Below, one piece after another: positions 60,345-64,000 of a DNA stretch of 64,000 bases. Below the pieces are notes generated by a model. It made no database searches, was not told the origin of the DNA, and saw nothing but the letters and a program-made list of their open reading frames with translations. Within the stretch, counting starts at the first letter, position 1. Every line of letters begins with the position of its first letter. A program made the translations under genes and the position numbers. Source of the stretch: a virus; IMG/VR virus record IMGVR_UViG_3300005253_000144, positions 38,175-102,174 of that record; one strand, written 5' to 3'.

Positions 60345-60609
60345 ATGATCGTATACGCTGTCGTAGGCTGGATGGTGTTCGCCATTGTGCTTTTGTTTCT
60401 CATAGCTGTTTTTCTGGTGTCAAAAGCGAAGATAAAAAACCTGGAAAAATGCAATCGCGAACTCATAGACGAGAAATCCAAACTCTCTGATCAGGTCCAG
60501 ATTAAAAGCATGGCTGTGAATCGTTTGACCAAGGAGGTCAAGAGATTGGAGAAAGAGAATACCGGATGCAATACTGATCTAGAGATATCTAAACCAATGA
60601 CATTGCATA

Positions 60610-61425
60610 ATGAATAAGCAAATAATAAAGAATGACAAGCTACTAAACGAACTCGAGCCTTATTGCATCCTGAAGGGGTACAGGGGAAGCATAGCCCACA
60701 ACACTTACGAGGAAAATGTGACCCATGACGACAAGGATGTGATGGGGATTTTCGTCCCTCACGAAGATGTTCTTTTCGGTTTGGAAAAGATGGAGACGAT
60801 TGAGAGGATGGTCGAGGAGAAGCTAAGCCAGAAGAGAACGGTTACCTGGGACATCATTTATTATTCCCTCCCCAAGTATCTGAATTTGGTTTTGAAGCAG
60901 AACCCGAATGTGCTTAGCATACTTTGGCTTTCGGAGAAACACTACATTAAAAAAAGTTCGTTGGGAGATAAACTCGTCAAGAATCGGCATAAGCTGATAT
61001 CGAAGGAGTGCTACAAGTCATTCACCGGCTACGCTTACGGGCAATTGCACCGCATGACCCATATGGCTCCTACCGGGAAACTCGGGGCAAAGCGCAAAGA
61101 GCTAGTGGAGAGGTTCGGGTTCGATGTGAAAAATGCAAGTCATCTGATAAGGCTCCTGAAGATGGGAGTGGAAGTCCTGACAACGGGAGAACTGCTTGTG
61201 GAGAGGCCGGACAACAATATGCTTTTGGAGATAAAGCGGGGGGAGTGGGAGTTGCAGAGGGTTTTGGATTATGCGAACAGCCTGTTCAGGCTGGTGGATG
61301 AGGCCTTGATCAAGTCTCCCATGGCCAACAAAGTCGATTACCACTTTGCGAATGAGCTCTGCAAGTGGATAACGATAAATTTCTACAAAAACAATCCGCC
61401 CATTCCATTGGGCGAGGAACCATGA
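60610..61425 (+). CDS. Pol-beta superfamily nucleotidyltransferase, RlaP/YcgL-like (copy 2)
   Basis: YRGSIAHN, DDKDVMG, QNPNVLSILW, GFDVKNASHLIRLLKMG. Confidence 0.85.
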   Translation: MNKQIIKNDKLLNELEPYCILKGYRGSIAHNTYEENVTHDDKDVMGIFVPHEDVLFGLEKMETIERMVEEKLSQKRTVTWDIIYYSLPKYLNLVLKQNPNVLSILWLSEKHYIKKSSLGDKLVKNRHKLISKECYKSFTGYAYGQLHRMTHMAPTGKLGAKRKELVERFGFDVKNASHLIRLLKMGVEVLTTGELLVERPDNNMLLEIKRGEWELQRVLDYANSLFRLVDEALIKSPMANKVDYHFANELCKWITINFYKNNPPIPLGEEP

Positions 61426-61817
61426 CAAGGGAGAGAGTATATAAGCAGGATTATGTCAACTAAATGGGAAAAATTAGAACCGCTAAAAGGCAGAATTAGT
61501 GGCTGTTTGCATTGTGGTTATACAGAAGGTAAGGCTTCAATGAAAACTAAAGTCATTGCAGGTTTCGGAGAAGCAATAATAAAAAAAGATTCGGAGTTCA
61601 TTTACCAAGCCCTATATGACTTGGAGTGGAAAGATGCTTTCACCCTTCAAAAGTTTGAAAATAGGGCAAGAAAAGACCCTAACCATGATTGGCGATTTGA
61701 GCTAATTCTTCCATTAAGAGAAGCAGAATATCAAAGGCAAGGTGATAATAATTGGGTCTTGGTAAAAGTCGGAGAAGGCTTCGCCTAACGTTCATGAGAA
61801 AATTTATGTAAAATAAA

Positions 61818-62546
61818 ATGCAAAAATCAAACATTGAATGGACTGATTACACTTGGAATCCCATTAAGGGAATATGTCCTGTCGGTTGTTGGTATTGTTA
61901 TGCAAGGCGAATGTATCAGAGGTTTGGATGGAACCCTGAAATAAGGCTTGATGGGGAATTATTTGGGTCATGCCAAGATGCCTTTGCTCCAAATATTAAT
62001 GTATATAAAAAGCTTGAACGCATAAAGGCAGGAAGTAAAATATTTATCTGTTCTACGTTTGAATTATTTCATCCTCATGTTCCCAAAGAATGGAAAGATG
62101 CAATATTTCAGGCAATCAAAGACAATCCCCAGCACACCTTCCAAATCCTAACCAAACTCCCCCAGAACATAGACAGAGAGATGCCTGATAATGTGTGGTT
62201 AGGGGTGACGATAACTGGAGATGATGATCAATGGAGTAAGGCATTTAATCTTTATTCGAAACTGCCCAAAATAAAATTCATCTCGTTTGAGCCCCTATTC
62301 CAGCCGATAGAAATTATAGACGAACTCTGGGTTTTTGATTGGATTATCACGGGGAGGGTTACAGGACAGGGAAAGAAACATCAACCAGAAAGGGCCTGGA
62401 TTCAAGAAATAGTGGATGAATGTAAAAATAGTGACACTCCCGTTTTCATCAAAAACAACCTCAAGCAGATTTGGGGTGAGCCTCTGATTCAGGAGTTTCC
62501 CAATATCGCCGAAGAAAGCATATATCAACAAAATATAAATTCATAG
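61818..62546 (+). CDS. Gp37/Gp68 (DUF5131) family protein, copy 2
   Basis: SNIEWTDYTWNP, CPVGCWYCYA, LTKLP, ISFEPL, VFIK. Confidence 0.88.
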   Translation: MQKSNIEWTDYTWNPIKGICPVGCWYCYARRMYQRFGWNPEIRLDGELFGSCQDAFAPNINVYKKLERIKAGSKIFICSTFELFHPHVPKEWKDAIFQAIKDNPQHTFQILTKLPQNIDREMPDNVWLGVTITGDDDQWSKAFNLYSKLPKIKFISFEPLFQPIEIIDELWVFDWIITGRVTGQGKKHQPERAWIQEIVDECKNSDTPVFIKNNLKQIWGEPLIQEFPNIAEESIYQQNINS

Positions 62547-62558
62547 GAGGTAAAGATA

Positions 62559-62990
62559 ATGAATTATCAGAATGATGAGACAAAACGGATTAATCCCGCT
62601 CCGTGGGTGGTTTTGGGCATTATCGGTTTGGTGCTTTTAATCGCCTTGGGAATGTGGGGCTGTCCGAAGTACAATGTGTGGCAGAAAGAGCTTAGTGGAA
62701 AAGCTCAGTTAAAGGAAGCCGAGTGGAACCGTCAGATTACAATTACAGAAGCACAGGCCAAGGAAGAAGCCGCTAAGGCCTTGGCAGGAGCCGAAGTTGA
62801 AAGAGCAAAGGGCGTCGCTGAGGCAAACAAAATTATAGGCAAGAGCCTTAAAGATAATGAGGCTTATTTGCGGTATCTGTGGATTAACGGCCTGCACGAT
62901 GGAAGTTCAGAAGTTATTTATATTCCCACAGAAGCCAATTTACCCATTTTAGAATCGGTTCGCAAACTTCAATCCAAAGCGAAAAAGTAG
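62559..62990 (+). CDS. Membrane-anchored conserved phage protein
   Basis: N-terminal TM; AEVERAKGVAEANKIIG...YLRYLWI...IYIPTEANLPILE. Confidence 0.75.
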   Translation: MNYQNDETKRINPAPWVVLGIIGLVLLIALGMWGCPKYNVWQKELSGKAQLKEAEWNRQITITEAQAKEEAAKALAGAEVERAKGVAEANKIIGKSLKDNEAYLRYLWINGLHDGSSEVIYIPTEANLPILESVRKLQSKAKK

Positions 62991-63149
62991 CGACATTTTT
63001 AAATATATAATGGACATTATTGTGAACAATAAGAATCTAAGTCATTGTAAATATTAAGAATAACATGGACAAAAAAAAGTACAAAGAAATATACAAAAAT
63101 TATTTAAAAAAAGCAAAGTAAAGGTAATTAAATTTTAGGAGAGGTAAAA

Positions 63150-63734
63150 ATGCTTAAAAAGAAAAAAGAAAGTCATGTTGCATTCCTTTTAGACCAAACT
63201 GGCTCGATGGAGTCATGTAAAGGGGATACGATAGGAGGCTTCAACAATTTTCTCAAGGAACAGAAGGAAAAGAAAGGAGATTCATTGAAGTTTTCTCTCA
63301 CGCTTTTTAACTCTGCAAAGGTGGAAAAGCGTTATGTAGGAGTCGACATTAAGAAAGTGAAAAAGCTCGATGATAAGAATTATATTCCCTTATATCTCAC
63401 TCCTTTGTGGGATGCAGTCGGGAATACGATTCAGGAGTTCCCCAGAGATAAAGATATGTTCTTTATTATTCTCACCGATGGCTATGAAAATTTCTCCAAA
63501 GAGTTTAAGGCAAATGCAGTAAAAAGGCTAATTACTGATAAGGAAAAGAACTTCGGCTGGAAATTCCTTTACCTCGGAGCTGACCTTGGAAGTTTCCATG
63601 ATGCACAGAGCGTAGGAATCGGGCTACATTTCAAGGTAGATAAGTCGAACATGAGGCAAACTTATGCCTGTGTTTCCCAGTCCGTTTCAGGCTATCGTGA
63701 TACAGGCGATATAAAATACGGAGATAAAAAATAG
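63150..63734 (+). CDS. von Willebrand factor A domain protein
   Basis: MIDAS-like LLDQTGSM, TPLWDAVG, ILTDGYEN, FLYLGA. Confidence 0.9.
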   Translation: MLKKKKESHVAFLLDQTGSMESCKGDTIGGFNNFLKEQKEKKGDSLKFSLTLFNSAKVEKRYVGVDIKKVKKLDDKNYIPLYLTPLWDAVGNTIQEFPRDKDMFFIILTDGYENFSKEFKANAVKRLITDKEKNFGWKFLYLGADLGSFHDAQSVGIGLHFKVDKSNMRQTYACVSQSVSGYRDTGDIKYGDKK

Positions 63735-64000
63735 CGTCGGATAACTAACGATTATGTAAATAAGGAGCCATAAATGTGGAAGGATAAAGATGAATATATA
63801 ATTAGGTGTGAATGTGGTGATTTAAGTCATCCTGTCCACCTGTGTTTTTGGGCAGAAAGATACCCGAAGGCAGAGAAAAAATTCAAGAGAAAATATATAG
63901 ACTTAGACATTTATCTAGAAATTGAGAATGTTGGATTTTGGCAAAGAATAAAAAACGCCTTTTTATACATTTGGAAACAACGGAAATTCTGGCATTATGG

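Noticed and set aside
63150-63734. vWA protein as the missing Ro60
   Set aside because: Ro60 needs a large TROVE domain before its vWA domain; this is a stand-alone 194-aa vWA far from the RNA cluster
1-64000. Alternative genetic code or stop-codon reassignment
   Set aside because: Known genes translate full length in the standard code, and no suppressor tRNA was found

Overview
A 64-kb segment of a tailed dsDNA phage genome (or prophage). It carries terminase genes, a lysis module, six DNA methyltransferases, three HNH endonucleases, replication genes and many small accessory ORFs, arranged as a long minus-strand arm (to about 44.5 kb) and a plus-strand arm diverging from back-to-back sigma70-type promoters. 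The most unusual content is non-coding. A minus-strand unit at 32.9-35.4 kb interleaves three canonical tRNAs (Pro-UGG, initiator-like Met-CAU, Asn-GUU) with at least eight structured RNAs. These include a circularly permuted tRNA with encoded CCA and a compensatory A19-U56 elbow pair (YrlA/Y-RNA-like architecture), several long CCA-terminated tRNA mimics, and a 227-nt RNA closed by a perfect 19-bp stem. A second promoter-driven unit at 9.5-10 kb holds a tRNA-like RNA with a 52-nt D-loop and a 285-nt rod-like RNA. The phage also encodes RtcB, an Rnl2-type ligase, two RlaP-type nucleotidyltransferases and a SpoU methylase, but no Ro60/TROVE gene is visible in this window. Five promoters share a TATAGC box at the same spacer position, and many gene junctions share 20-60 bp perfect repeats. 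All RNA folds were derived by eye and all protein calls come from motif recognition, not database searches.
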